A stretch of DNA of 64,000 nucleotides from Candidatus Latescibacterota bacterium (GTDB lineage: Bacteria; Latescibacterota; UBA2968; GCA-2709665), in NCBI GenBank assembly GCA_965219995.1, contig CBDCOX010000002.1, positions 2,912,001-2,976,000 of the forward strand. The letters run 5' to 3'. Position numbers and translations under genes: made by a program. Positions 37,012-47,025 of the stretch are shown here, piece after piece (position 1 is the stretch's first letter; every line of letters starts with the position of its first letter). A model generated the notes under the pieces. The model saw nothing but the letters and a program-made list of their open reading frames with translations, ran no database searches and was not told the origin of the DNA.

Positions 37012-38640
37012 TTAGTGATGTTCGTGGCCGTGGCCGTGACCCGGTGGCTCCTTTTCCTCTTCCGGGACTTCCGTGACAAGCGTCTCCGTTGTCAACAGCA
37101 GCCCGGCGATGCTGGCCGCGTTCTCAACTGCAGAACGCACGACCTTGGTGGGATCGGCCACGCCCGATTCAATCAGGTCTTCGTAGGTTTCGGTGAGCGC
37201 GTTGAACCCGAAAGCGCCTTCACCCTCCATGACTCGATGCACAACCAGACTGCCCTCGTGGCCCGCGTTATCGGCAATCTTCCTCAGTGGCGCCTCCAAC
37301 GCCTTGGCCAGCAGGTCCACGCCCGTTTTCCGGTCGCCGCGAACCCGGCTGCGAACCTTATCCAGCGAAGGAATGCACCTCACGAGGGCCACACCGCCGC
37401 CGGGCACGATTCCCTCCTCGACAGCCGCACGGGTCGCGTGCAGGGCATCTTCCACTCTCGCCTTTTTCTCCTTCATTTCGGTTTCGGTCGCGGCGCCGAC
37501 GTTTACCACTGCCACACCGCCGGCCAGCTTGGCGAGTCGCTCCTGGAGTTTCTCCCGGTCGTAGTCCGAGGTGGTCTCCTCAATCTGCATGCGTATCTGG
37601 CTGACGCGTCCCTGGATGTCGTCGGTGGCTCCGGCGCCCTCCACGATCGTCGTATTGTCCTTATCGATGACAATTCGCTTGGCCTGCCCCAGATCGTCAA
37701 GTTGTATATTTTCCAGCTTGATTCCCAGATCTTCGGAAATCACCCGGCCGCCGGTGAGAATCGCGATATCCGCAAGCATTTCCTTCCGACGGTCGCCGTA
37801 ACCGGGCGCTTTTACCGCTGCCGCCTTGATGGTCCCCCGGACCTTGTTCACGACAAACGTCGCCAGCGCTTCACCCTCCACGTCTTCGGCGATTACCAGG
37901 AGTGCCTTGCCGGCTTGCGCGGTTTTCTCCAGCAAGGGAAGGAGATCTTTCATATTGGAAAGCTTTTTTTCGTAGATCAGCAGATACGCATCTTCCAGAA
38001 TCGCTTCCATGTCGTCCTGGTCGGTCACAAAATACGGCGAAATGTATCCCCGATCGAACTGCATGCCCTCCACCACGTCCAGCGTCGTTTCGATCGACTT
38101 GGCTTCCTCGACGGTTATCGTGCCGTCTTTGCCAACCTTCTCCATCGAATCGGCGATAATTTCTCCTATGCTGCTGTCGTTATTGGCAGAGACCGTGGCC
38201 ACCTGCGCGATTTCCTTACGGCCCGTGACCTCCTGGGACTGTGCCCGCAGCGCCTCAGTCACTTCGCTGACACCCTCGTCGATTCCACGCTTGATGTCCA
38301 TGGGGTTGGCGCCGGCCGTCACATTCTTGAGCCCATCGCGATAGATGGCTTCCGCAAGGACTGTGGCCGTGGTGGTGCCGTCGCCCGCAACGTCGGACGT
38401 TTTGGAAGCGACCTCTTTCACCATCTGGGCGCCCATGTTCTCATAGGGATCGGGCAACTCGATCTCTTTGGCCACCGTCACACCGTCTTTGGTTACCGTT
38501 GGTGACCCCCATTTTTTGCCGAGAACGACGTTCCGGCCACGCGGGCCCAGCGTCGCTTTAACGGCTTTGCTCAGGATGTCCACGCCGTCGAGAACCTTTG
38601 ACCGGGCGTCTATCCCGTAGCTCAGTTGCTTGGCTGGCAT
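37012..38640 (-). CDS. groEL: Chaperonin GroEL with His-rich C-terminal tail
   Basis: [36 protein letters not shown]; ends [11 protein letters not shown]. Confidence 0.98.
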   Translation of the reverse strand: MPAKQLSYGIDARSKVLDGVDILSKAVKATLGPRGRNVVLGKKWGSPTVTKDGVTVAKEIELPDPYENMGAQMVKEVASKTSDVAGDGTTTATVLAEAIYRDGLKNVTAGANPMDIKRGIDEGVSEVTEALRAQSQEVTGRKEIAQVATVSANNDSSIGEIIADSMEKVGKDGTITVEEAKSIETTLDVVEGMQFDRGYISPYFVTDQDDMEAILEDAYLLIYEKKLSNMKDLLPLLEKTAQAGKALLVIAEDVEGEALATFVVNKVRGTIKAAAVKAPGYGDRRKEMLADIAILTGGRVISEDLGIKLENIQLDDLGQAKRIVIDKDNTTIVEGAGATDDIQGRVSQIRMQIEETTSDYDREKLQERLAKLAGGVAVVNVGAATETEMKEKKARVEDALHATRAAVEEGIVPGGGVALVRCIPSLDKVRSRVRGDRKTGVDLLAKALEAPLRKIADNAGHEGSLVVHRVMEGEGAFGFNALTETYEDLIESGVADPTKVVRSAVENAASIAGLLLTTETLVTEVPEEEKEPPGHGHGHEHH

Positions 38641-38679
38641 CATGTCCCTCCTGTTTTCGGTTGTGTTCGCGGCGCATCG

Positions 38680-38970
38680 CTATTCCAGGATTCCCAGAAT
38701 ATCTTCTTCGGATGCAATGACAAGCTCTTCTCCGCCCACCTCCACCTCGGTCCCTGCAAATTGCCCGATCAGTACGCGGTTGCCCACGCTGACCGAAACC
38801 GGTACCGGATCGCCGGACTTGTCATTGACTTTGCCCGGCCCCACCGCGACGACCTCGGCTTCGAGTGGTTTTTCCTTGGCTGTATCGGGAATAATGATGC
38901 CGCCCTGGACCTGTTCATCGGCTTCAATCCGCCGGAGAAGTACCCGGTCGGCCAGAGGCTTCACTGTCAT
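38680..38970 (-). CDS. groES: Co-chaperonin GroES
   Basis: KPLADRV, GGIIIPDTAKEKP, VAVGPG, EDILG. Confidence 0.96.
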   Translation of the reverse strand: MTVKPLADRVLLRRIEADEQVQGGIIIPDTAKEKPLEAEVVAVGPGKVNDKSGDPVPVSVSVGNRVLIGQFAGTEVEVGGEELVIASEEDILGILE

Positions 38971-39036
38971 CAGGCCCTCCTTCACAAGTATGCCGTTTAC
39001 GTTAACCCATTTATTAATATATGCTTCTTCAGACTA

Positions 39037-39063
39037 TTGGCACTCAACGGGACAGAGTGCCAA
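39037..39063. promoter_or_regulatory. CIRCE element (HrcA operator)
   Basis: TTGGCACTC-N9-GAGTGCCAA upstream of groES; minus-strand promoter TTGCGT-N17-TATATT at 39099-39071. Confidence 0.93.
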
Positions 39064-39118
39064 TAGACCAAATATACATGCTTTGATTTTGTGACGCAAG
39101 GACAAATTCCCTGAAAGC

Positions 39119-39149
39119 ACAAAAAAGCGCATTACGTATGGTAATGCGC
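39119..39149 (-). terminator. Terminator of the rib-nusB-secA-rhodanese unit
   Basis: GCGCATTAC-N5-GTAATGCGC, with a U-run on the minus strand. Confidence 0.7.
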
Positions 39150-39198
39150 CCGGGCCCGATTTCCTGTTGCGGCCTGTTAGCCGTCCGCGGCATTCCCT

Positions 39199-39675
39199 CT
39201 ACGTTATCGAACGACCCAGCAGCTCTTTCTTCCGGGCAATCCGTTCCTGAAGGTGTTCTATTTCGGCTTCCAGCAGTTCAGGACGGTCCACATCGCCGGT
39301 CTCTTCCGGCGGGGGCGGCTGTTCCGACGGAAGGGATGCATCCGCCCAGTCGTCGTACCCGCCCTCCATTGAGATCACCCGCTCGTAGCCCAGTTCCTTC
39401 AGAGATTCCGCGGCCAGCAGAGAACGTACGCCTCCGGCGCAATACACCACCACTTCCCGGGATTTATCGGGAATCCTGGATTCGGCCTCGGCTTCAAGGC
39501 GTCCTCTGGGAATATGGACGGCCCCGCGCAGATGTCCGGACTCCCACTCGTCGAGGGCGCGCACATCCAGCAGAACGGGGGATTCGCCGCTGTTCAGATG
39601 ATGATGCACCTCCCGAACGCTCATTTCCGGAATCTGCCTGCGGGCCTCACTCAACAGGTCATCTCGGGATTTCAT
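39199..39675 (-). CDS. Rhodanese-like sulfurtransferase
   Basis: LDVR..EW..GHL.GA, YCAGGVRS, GGY..W. Confidence 0.88.
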   Translation of the reverse strand: MKSRDDLLSEARRQIPEMSVREVHHHLNSGESPVLLDVRALDEWESGHLRGAVHIPRGRLEAEAESRIPDKSREVVVYCAGGVRSLLAAESLKELGYERVISMEGGYDDWADASLPSEQPPPPEETGDVDRPELLEAEIEHLQERIARKKELLGRSIT

Positions 39676-39747
39676 CGCCTCTGAGCTCCTTTACTCGTTC
39701 CCGCAGGATTTCGTACCGGACTGCAACGGTTCTGCCGCCGCGGTTCC

Positions 39748-42700
39748 TCAGGCGGGTACCCGACCCGGCTGACCGTGACACTTCTTGTATTTCTTGCCGC
39801 TTCCGCACGGACATGGGCTGTTCCTGCCTACCTTCTGCACCCGTACCGGACGCTGTCTGGGCGGACCGCCTTCCGACGCGCTGGTGGAAGTATCGGCAAT
39901 CGGCGACGCCTCGCCGCCAATGTCAAAACCCATGCCGGTGGCATCCTGATGCACGAGCGAGACCTGCTGTGGCCGGCGGCCTCCGGGTCTTGTCATTTCC
40001 TCTTCGACCGGGATTCGAAACAGCGTTTTCAGCGTTTCCCTGTTGATCTCGTCCAGGAGATCGACGAACATCTGAAACCCTTCACGCTTGTATTCGATCA
40101 GCGGGTCCTTCTGCCCGTATCCGCGGAGACCGATGCCCTCCTTGAGGTCGTCCATTTCCCTGAGGTGGTCCTTCCACTTTTCGTCGGTAACCCCCAGGTA
40201 GACCATCCGCTCGATTTCCCGCATCCTTGCAGCACCGATCAGGCTTTCGCGTCGCCGATATGCCGACCTGATCCCATCGAACAACCTTTCCCGGAATCCA
40301 TCCTCTTTGAGCTCGGGCAACGTCTCCGGAGGCACTTCGGGGACCTGAAGGAATATCTGGCGCAGGTCGCGATAGAGTCCGTCAAGGTCCCAGTCGTCCT
40401 GGGTGCCTTCGTCCGGAAGGTGGCTCCCGAAGGAGGCGTTCACCACGTCCTCCATCTCTTCTTCGATCTGCTCGTAGATATTGTGTTGTTCCAGCGCATG
40501 GCGTCGCCGGTCGTATACGACCTCCCGCTGCTGGTTCATCACGTCGTCGTATTCGAGCAGATGTTTGCGCACCTCGAAGTTCCGCGCTTCCACGCGTTTC
40601 TGCGCCCGCTCGATGGATCGGGTGACCATCCGGTGTTCGATCACCTCGCCCTCTTCGGCTCCCAGCCGGTCCATGATCCGGGCAATCCGTTCTGATCCGA
40701 AGAGCCGCATCAGATCGTCTTCCAGTGAAATGAAGAACCGGGAATTTCCAGGGTCGCCCTGTCGACCGGCACGCCCCCTGAGCTGCCGGTCTATTCGCCG
40801 CGCCTCGTGTCGCTCGGTGCCGATAATGTGCAATCCGCAGGGTATTTCCTCCCGGCAACGGTATTCTTCCAGGTGCGGGCACAGCCTCCCCTCGCCATTC
40901 GCGCCGGGTATCAGCGCGCAATGATGGTCTTCAGGCGCCTTGACCACGCCGTCACCCAGCGTGATGTCCGTTCCGCGACCCGCCATGTTGGTCGCAATGG
41001 TCACCGCTCCCGGCTGTCCGGCCATTGCAACGATCTGGGCTTCCTGCTGGTTGTGGCGGGCGTTGAGCACAGAGTGTCTGATGCCCTTGCGTTTCAACAT
41101 GCGCGACAGCAGCTCGGAGACTTCGACGCTGATCGTGCCGACCAATACGGGCAGGTTCATGTGGTTCAACCGCTCGATCTCATCCACGATGGCGCTGTAT
41201 TTCTCACGTTTGGTCCTGAAGATCAGGTCCTCCGAATCGATCCGCCGCACGGGTTCGTTCGTGGGCAACACCACAACGTCGAGCTTGTAGATCTGAAACA
41301 GTTCCGCCGCCTCGGTCTCGGCGGTTCCGGTCATCCCCGCCAGCTTGTAGTACAGTCGAAAGTAGTTCTGCAAGGTGATCGTGGCAATCGTCTGGGTGTC
41401 CCGTTCCACCTTGACCCGCTCTTTCGCCTCCAGAGCCTGGTGCAGCCCGTCCGCGAATCGTCGACCCGGCTGGGGGCGTCCGGTGAATTCGTCCACGATA
41501 ATCACCTGGCCGCCGTCCACGATATACCTTACATCCTTTTCGTACAGCGTATGGGCGACCAGAAGCTGCTGCACACTGTGAATCGCCTCGCTCTTTCGGG
41601 CGTAGTCCTGGTACGCGTCGTCCTGGGCTCTGGCCTTTTCGTCCGGCGGCTTCGAATCGTCAGCTTCGATTTCGTGAAGAACTTCATCCAGGTCCGGCAG
41701 CACGAAGTCGTCCGGCTTTCTGCTGATTTCGACGCGACCCTTATCGGTCAGGTCGATCACATGGCTCTTCTCGTCAACGCTGAAGTACAGGTCCTCGTCG
41801 ATCTCGGCCATTCGCTTGTCGCGAAGGTAGTCCGCCTCAACCCGGCCGATCAGGCGTTTGGTCCCCTCTTCCTGCAACAGCTTCATGAACCGGCGGTTCT
41901 TTGGCATGCCCCGCTGGACCTGCAGCAACCGGATCCCGGCCTCGTATTCCTCCTCGTCGAGGCGTTCCTCCGCTTCGTTCAACGTCCCTGTCACCACGCG
42001 CGTCTGCGCCCTGACCAGCCGCTCCACAAGCGGCCGCATCTCATCGTACCGCTGGTTGTCGGCCTCCGCCACCGCACCGGAGATGATCAGCGGCGTCCTG
42101 GCTTCGTCGATCAGTATGCTGTCCGCTTCGTCGATAATCGCGAAGTAGTGTTCGCGCTGCATCAGGTCATCGGGGCGAACCGCCATATTGTCATAGAGAT
42201 AATCGAACCCGAACTGGTCCTTCGTGCCATAGATGATATCGGCCCGATAGGCCTCCTGATGATCGCATTCCCGCAGCCGGTACCCGCCCTGCCCATCCTC
42301 CTCCATGCGATAGGCCTCCGCCTCCATGGAGCGGTCCTGAATGATGCCCACGCTCATCCCGAGAAAGAGATAGACGGGCCCAAGCCACATGGCGTCTCGC
42401 TTTGCCAGATAGGAGTTCACCGTTACGAGATGGGCGCCGCGTCCCGTCAATCCGTTCAGATAAAGCGGCATGCCCGCCACCAGCGTCTTGCCCTCGCCAG
42501 TGGCCATTTCGGCAATTTTTCCCTGGTGCAGCACGATTCCGCCGAGCATCTGCACGTCGTAAGGCACCATATCCCAGACGATGGCTTCCCCTGCGCGCTC
42601 CCACTGCTTTCCCTCCGCCTTGAAACGGCGGCACGTCTCTTTATAGACCGCATAGGCTTCAGGTAAAACTTCCTCCAGTGTCTCCGCCTCGACTTCCCTG

Positions 42701-42978
42701 GCTTCCTCCTCCAGTTCCGAGATTTCGTCCAGCAGCGAGGAACGGTCCATTTCGTCCTCGCTCCTCAACTCCCCGCGCAGACGATCCAACTGTTCCGTAT
42801 ATTCGGCTGTCTCATCCGCCAACCTTCGCTTGAACTCCGCCGTCTTATCGCGGAGATCCGCGTCCGAAAGCGTGGACAGAGACTCGCAATGCCCGTTTAT
42901 ACCTTCGACCGTCGGCCAGAGCTTCTTCAGGTCTCGATCGTACTTGGTTCCGAATACTTTCTTGATCACACCCATCAT
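39748..42978 (-). CDS. secA: Preprotein translocase ATPase SecA
   Basis: MATGEGKT, DEADSILIDEA, TNMAGRGTDI, QLRGRAGRQGDPG, SEC-C CPCGSGKKYKKCH. Confidence 0.98.
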   Translation of the reverse strand: MMGVIKKVFGTKYDRDLKKLWPTVEGINGHCESLSTLSDADLRDKTAEFKRRLADETAEYTEQLDRLRGELRSEDEMDRSSLLDEISELEEEAREVEAETLEEVLPEAYAVYKETCRRFKAEGKQWERAGEAIVWDMVPYDVQMLGGIVLHQGKIAEMATGEGKTLVAGMPLYLNGLTGRGAHLVTVNSYLAKRDAMWLGPVYLFLGMSVGIIQDRSMEAEAYRMEEDGQGGYRLRECDHQEAYRADIIYGTKDQFGFDYLYDNMAVRPDDLMQREHYFAIIDEADSILIDEARTPLIISGAVAEADNQRYDEMRPLVERLVRAQTRVVTGTLNEAEERLDEEEYEAGIRLLQVQRGMPKNRRFMKLLQEEGTKRLIGRVEADYLRDKRMAEIDEDLYFSVDEKSHVIDLTDKGRVEISRKPDDFVLPDLDEVLHEIEADDSKPPDEKARAQDDAYQDYARKSEAIHSVQQLLVAHTLYEKDVRYIVDGGQVIIVDEFTGRPQPGRRFADGLHQALEAKERVKVERDTQTIATITLQNYFRLYYKLAGMTGTAETEAAELFQIYKLDVVVLPTNEPVRRIDSEDLIFRTKREKYSAIVDEIERLNHMNLPVLVGTISVEVSELLSRMLKRKGIRHSVLNARHNQQEAQIVAMAGQPGAVTIATNMAGRGTDITLGDGVVKAPEDHHCALIPGANGEGRLCPHLEEYRCREEIPCGLHIIGTERHEARRIDRQLRGRAGRQGDPGNSRFFISLEDDLMRLFGSERIARIMDRLGAEEGEVIEHRMVTRSIERAQKRVEARNFEVRKHLLEYDDVMNQQREVVYDRRRHALEQHNIYEQIEEEMEDVVNASFGSHLPDEGTQDDWDLDGLYRDLRQIFLQVPEVPPETLPELKEDGFRERLFDGIRSAYRRRESLIGAARMREIERMVYLGVTDEKWKDHLREMDDLKEGIGLRGYGQKDPLIEYKREGFQMFVDLLDEINRETLKTLFRIPVEEEMTRPGGRRPQQVSLVHQDATGMGFDIGGEASPIADTSTSASEGGPPRQRPVRVQKVGRNSPCPCGSGKKYKKCHGQPGRVPA

Positions 42979-43430
42979 AAGCGTTTATCCACCGTTTCGC
43001 GACAATCCACGTTCTCTGCCATGATACCCTGTTGCCTGACCAGCGCATCAAGAATGCCGTTGATAAACGTCGGCGCCTTCTCGACACTGTACCGCTTCGC
43101 GAGTTCAATGGCCTCGTTCATGGAAACCCTGAACGGGATATTGTCGAATGCCAGCATTTCGGTAAGCGCCATCCACAGCAGGATGCGATCGATCCTCGCG
43201 ATGCGTTCCAATGCCCAGTTCCTGGAAATTCCTTCGACCATTCGGTTCAGTTCTTCTCTTCGCGCCCAGGTCTCCCGACCCAGCGCCTGCGCGAATTCCG
43301 CCGCGTCGTCCGACAGTTCCGCACGAATCGCCATGGTATGAAGCGTCTGGTGCACGGGGTCCCCCGAACTCTCGCTCCAATATAGCGCCTGCAGCGCAAC
43401 TTCACGGGCTTTTCGGCGCGAACCCGTCAT
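42975..43430 (-). CDS. nusB: Transcription antitermination factor NusB
   Basis: [34 protein letters not shown]. Confidence 0.95.
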   Translation of the reverse strand: MTGSRRKAREVALQALYWSESSGDPVHQTLHTMAIRAELSDDAAEFAQALGRETWARREELNRMVEGISRNWALERIARIDRILLWMALTEMLAFDNIPFRVSMNEAIELAKRYSVEKAPTFINGILDALVRQQGIMAENVDCRETVDKRL

Positions 43431-43906
43431 TTCTGGTCGTCGTCCCAGGACGCCAGCAAATTCGCCATCTCCAAAGCGCCCATGGCGGCCTCCCATCCCT
43501 TGTTACCGGCCTTGGTTCCCGCCCTCTCGATTGCCTGTTCGACAGTGTCGGTGGTCAACACGCCGAAAAGACACGGCACGCCGGATTCCATCCCTGCCGA
43601 CGCGATCCCTCCGGAGACCTCGTTGGCCACGTAATCGAAGTGGGGCGTACTCCCGCGAATCACGGCGCCCAGACAGATCACGGCATCGTAACCTCCGCTG
43701 AGCGCCATTTTCTTTGCGATCAGCGGAATCTCGAACGCACCGGGAACCCAGGCCACGTCCACGTTTTCCGGATCGCATCCATGACGCGTCAGACAATCTC
43801 GGGCGCCTTCGAGCAATTGCTTGCTGACCAGCGCATTGAAGCGACTCACAACAATGCCGAAGCGTCTGCCGCCCGCATGCAATCCACCCTCATGCACTCT
43901 CGCCAT
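43427..43906 (-). CDS. ribH: 6,7-dimethyl-8-ribityllumazine synthase
   Basis: [25 protein letters not shown]. Confidence 0.96.
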   Translation of the reverse strand: MARVHEGGLHAGGRRFGIVVSRFNALVSKQLLEGARDCLTRHGCDPENVDVAWVPGAFEIPLIAKKMALSGGYDAVICLGAVIRGSTPHFDYVANEVSGGIASAGMESGVPCLFGVLTTDTVEQAIERAGTKAGNKGWEAAMGALEMANLLASWDDDQK

Positions 43907-45164
43907 ACGTTTCCTCCGGGCCGCCGTCGACCAACTTCAGATCTTCTTCGCTGAACATGTGTCCCATTTTCTTCTTTTTGGTGCGCAAATACCGGATATT
44001 CCATGGCGTTGGATCGATCCTGACGGGTACCCGTTCCACAATCTCGATTCCATATGCCTCCAGGCCCACCCGCTTGGCCGGGTTGTTGGTGATCAACCGC
44101 GCCTTCCTGATGCCGAGATCCAGCAGAATCTGGGCGCCGATGCCGTAATCGCGCTCGTCCATCTTGAATCCCAACTTCAGATTCGCCTCCACGGTATCGT
44201 AACCCTGTTCCTGCAGATGGTATGCTTTGATTTTTTCGCGAAGGCCGATACCCCGGCCCTCCTGCCGCATGTAGACAACGGCGCCGCGACCATCCCGTTC
44301 AATCAATTCGATCGCCGAGTGGAGATTCGTGTTGCAGTCGCACCTGAGCGATCCGAAGGTGTCTCCTGTAAGGCACTCGGAGTGCATCCGCACCAGCACG
44401 GGATCGGCTGCCGAGAGGTCTCCCTTGGTCAGTGCCACGTGTTCCCGCTGGTCGACTTCACTCTCGTACAGGTGAAGTTCGAACTCGCCGAACTGTGTGG
44501 GGAGGCGGACGGTCTCCAGACATTCGACCAGTTTTTCCGATCGGCGGCGATATGCGATCAGATCGCGAATGGTGATAATCTTGAGGTGGAACTGCAGGGC
44601 CATTTCCATCAGTTGCGGCAGCCGGGCCATCGTCCCGTCCGGATTCAGTATCTCGCACAGTACGCCCGCGGGGTAGAGGCCGGCAAGCCTTGCCAGGTCC
44701 ACCGTCGCCTCCGTATGGCCCGCCCGGCGCAATACACCTCCGGGACGTGCAGACAGCGGGAATACGTGTCCGGGTCTGGCGAAATCGGGTGCCTGGGCGT
44801 CCGGGTCGACAAACCGCCGTATGGTAACGGCCCGGTCCTGCGCCGAAATCCCTGTGGTGGTGCCCTCAACCGCGTCGATACTCACTGTGAACGGCGTTCC
44901 ATGCAACGCGGTGTTTCTGCCCACCATCATTTCCAGTTCCAATTCCCGTAACCGCTCCGGTGTTGCCGGCAGGCAGACCAGACCGCGCCCGTGAAGGGCC
45001 ATGAAATTGATAATCTCGGGCGTGACCTTTTCCGCCGCGGCGATCAGGTCCCCTTCGTTCTCCCGGTCCTCATCGTCCACGACGATCACCAGTTTTCCCG
45101 ACCGAATATCGTCCAGCGCCTCTTCGATGGACGCAATACGGAACCCGTTGTCGATCTCAGACAT
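43890..45164 (-). CDS. ribBA: Bifunctional DHBP synthase/GTP cyclohydrolase II
   Basis: [40 protein letters not shown]. Confidence 0.97.
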   Translation of the reverse strand: MSEIDNGFRIASIEEALDDIRSGKLVIVVDDEDRENEGDLIAAAEKVTPEIINFMALHGRGLVCLPATPERLRELELEMMVGRNTALHGTPFTVSIDAVEGTTTGISAQDRAVTIRRFVDPDAQAPDFARPGHVFPLSARPGGVLRRAGHTEATVDLARLAGLYPAGVLCEILNPDGTMARLPQLMEMALQFHLKIITIRDLIAYRRRSEKLVECLETVRLPTQFGEFELHLYESEVDQREHVALTKGDLSAADPVLVRMHSECLTGDTFGSLRCDCNTNLHSAIELIERDGRGAVVYMRQEGRGIGLREKIKAYHLQEQGYDTVEANLKLGFKMDERDYGIGAQILLDLGIRKARLITNNPAKRVGLEAYGIEIVERVPVRIDPTPWNIRYLRTKKKKMGHMFSEEDLKLVDGGPEETYGESA

Positions 45165-45198
45165 TTAATGCCACTCCCGGCGGAAATACGTTGAGATA

Positions 45199-45870
45199 TC
45201 AAACTCTGCGACTGTCGTCAAACCCTTTTTTTTCAACACCGTACCCAATGTCCGGTACCGCGGCCAATTCGCCGTTCGCCACGTGAGTTCCTGTCAGCCT
45301 CTCCAGATACCGCGCAACCATGTCGACCTCCAGATTCACCGCGTCGCCGACCCGGCGTTCGCCGATCGTTGTCGCTTCCATGGTATGCGGAATCACCGCT
45401 ACCGTGAATTCGCCTGCGCCCACAGACACAACCGTCAGGCTGATTCCGTCCACGGCGATCGAACCCTTTCCGGCCACATAACGAGCGAGCACCGCCGGCA
45501 TCCCGATCCGGAACACGACGTTGTCCGCCCATCGCCGCCGCTCCCGCACCCGGCCCACGCCGTCCACGTGTCCGGCCACCAGATGGCCGCCAAGGCGATC
45601 CGACAGCTTCAGCGACCGTTCCAGATTCACCCTGTCACCCGCCTTCAACCTCCCCAGGGTCGTGCGCTCAAGGGTCTCCTGGATGGACTCGAACGAGAAC
45701 CCCTGCCGCCCCACGTCGACAACCGTGTGGCAGGCGCCGTCGATCGATATGCTATCGCCGATGGCGACATCCGCCGGAACGCGGCTCGCCTCCAGCGCCG
45801 TACGCTGATACCCGGCCCGTCTTCGGACGTCGCAAACCAGCCCCACTTCCTCGACAATCCCCGTAAACAT
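45199..45870 (-). CDS. ribE: Riboflavin synthase
   Basis: MFTGIVEE, GGHLVAGHVD, KGSIAVDGISLT, VNLEVD. Confidence 0.95.
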   Translation of the reverse strand: MFTGIVEEVGLVCDVRRRAGYQRTALEASRVPADVAIGDSISIDGACHTVVDVGRQGFSFESIQETLERTTLGRLKAGDRVNLERSLKLSDRLGGHLVAGHVDGVGRVRERRRWADNVVFRIGMPAVLARYVAGKGSIAVDGISLTVVSVGAGEFTVAVIPHTMEATTIGERRVGDAVNLEVDMVARYLERLTGTHVANGELAAVPDIGYGVEKKGFDDSRRV

Positions 45871-45883
45871 CAATCCCTTCCTT

Positions 45884-46987
45884 TCACGGGGCCGCGGGTT
45901 CCCGTACCGCAGCATCCTTCACCCGCGCCGTGTAGAACAGATCGGGCCCGGACCAATCCACTTCCACGTCATGCAGGAGAATCGCATCGGCCATTCCTGT
46001 TATCCCCAGATCGCCTACCGAATCAATCCCTTTACCGAGAATCGCGGGGGCGATAAATACGGCCAGCCGGTCGATCAACCGGTCGCGCATCGCGGACGCC
46101 GCCACGGAACCGCCGCCTTCGATCAATACATGCGTGATTCCTTCGCTGCCCGCGCGGGAGAGTACCTCTCGCAGCAGTGGCCTTCCATCCATGTGCGAAC
46201 AGACCCAGACGCGAGCGCCGCATTCCTCCATCGCTTCGACTTTTTTTTTCGAGACCCCTTGCGCCGCGGCAAGAATCAGCGGCGCCCCGGCGAATACCCT
46301 TGCATCCCTTGACGTCTCAAGGCGGCCATCCAGCACGATCTTTATCGGATCAGGACCGTCCAGGTGACGGACCGTCAGCATCGGGTCGTCCGCGTCGACC
46401 GTTCGCCGCCCGACCATCACCGCCGTTGCCTCGGCACGCAGCCCGTGCGCGCGGATTCGGGACACGTCGGAGGAAATCCATCGTGATTCGCCAGTAGCGG
46501 TCGCGATCCGGCCATCGAGGGTCTGCGCCAGCTTCAGGGTAACGAAAGGAAACCCCGTCGTCCGGTGTTTGATGAAAGCCTCGTTCAGTCGCCGCGCCTC
46601 GCCCTCGAGCACGCCGACTTCCACCCGAATGCCCGCCTCGCGCAAGCGGCGGATTCCCCTGCCCGATACCCGTTTATCCGGATCCACCATCCCGCACACG
46701 ACCCGCGCCACCCCCTTCCGGATCAACAGATCGACGCACGGCGGCGTTCGGCCGGTATGCGCGCACGGCTCCAGCGTCACATAGAGCGTGACGTCCGGCG
46801 TTCCGACGGCCACGTCTTCGAGCGCATAAACCTCCGCGTGCGGTTTCCCGGATTCCGGATAATGCCCTTTTCCGATAATATGCCCGTTCCTGACGGCCAC
46901 AGCGCCCACCATCGCACCGTCCCCAATCCGACCGCGTCCTTTCTCGGCCAGCGACAATGCCAGCCGCATATAATCCGCATCCGTCAT
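45884..46987 (-). CDS. ribD: Riboflavin biosynthesis deaminase/reductase
   Basis: HAE, TLEPC.H.GRTPPC, LDGRIA, IEGG. Confidence 0.95.
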   Translation of the reverse strand: MTDADYMRLALSLAEKGRGRIGDGAMVGAVAVRNGHIIGKGHYPESGKPHAEVYALEDVAVGTPDVTLYVTLEPCAHTGRTPPCVDLLIRKGVARVVCGMVDPDKRVSGRGIRRLREAGIRVEVGVLEGEARRLNEAFIKHRTTGFPFVTLKLAQTLDGRIATATGESRWISSDVSRIRAHGLRAEATAVMVGRRTVDADDPMLTVRHLDGPDPIKIVLDGRLETSRDARVFAGAPLILAAAQGVSKKKVEAMEECGARVWVCSHMDGRPLLREVLSRAGSEGITHVLIEGGGSVAASAMRDRLIDRLAVFIAPAILGKGIDSVGDLGITGMADAILLHDVEVDWSGPDLFYTARVKDAAVREPAAP

Positions 46988-47025
46988 ATTCCACCCCGTG
47001 TGCCGGGGACGTGTATCCTTCAGCC

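Noticed and set aside
46988-47025. FMN riboswitch ahead of ribD
   Set aside because: Only 38 nt of intergenic space and no RFN motifs.
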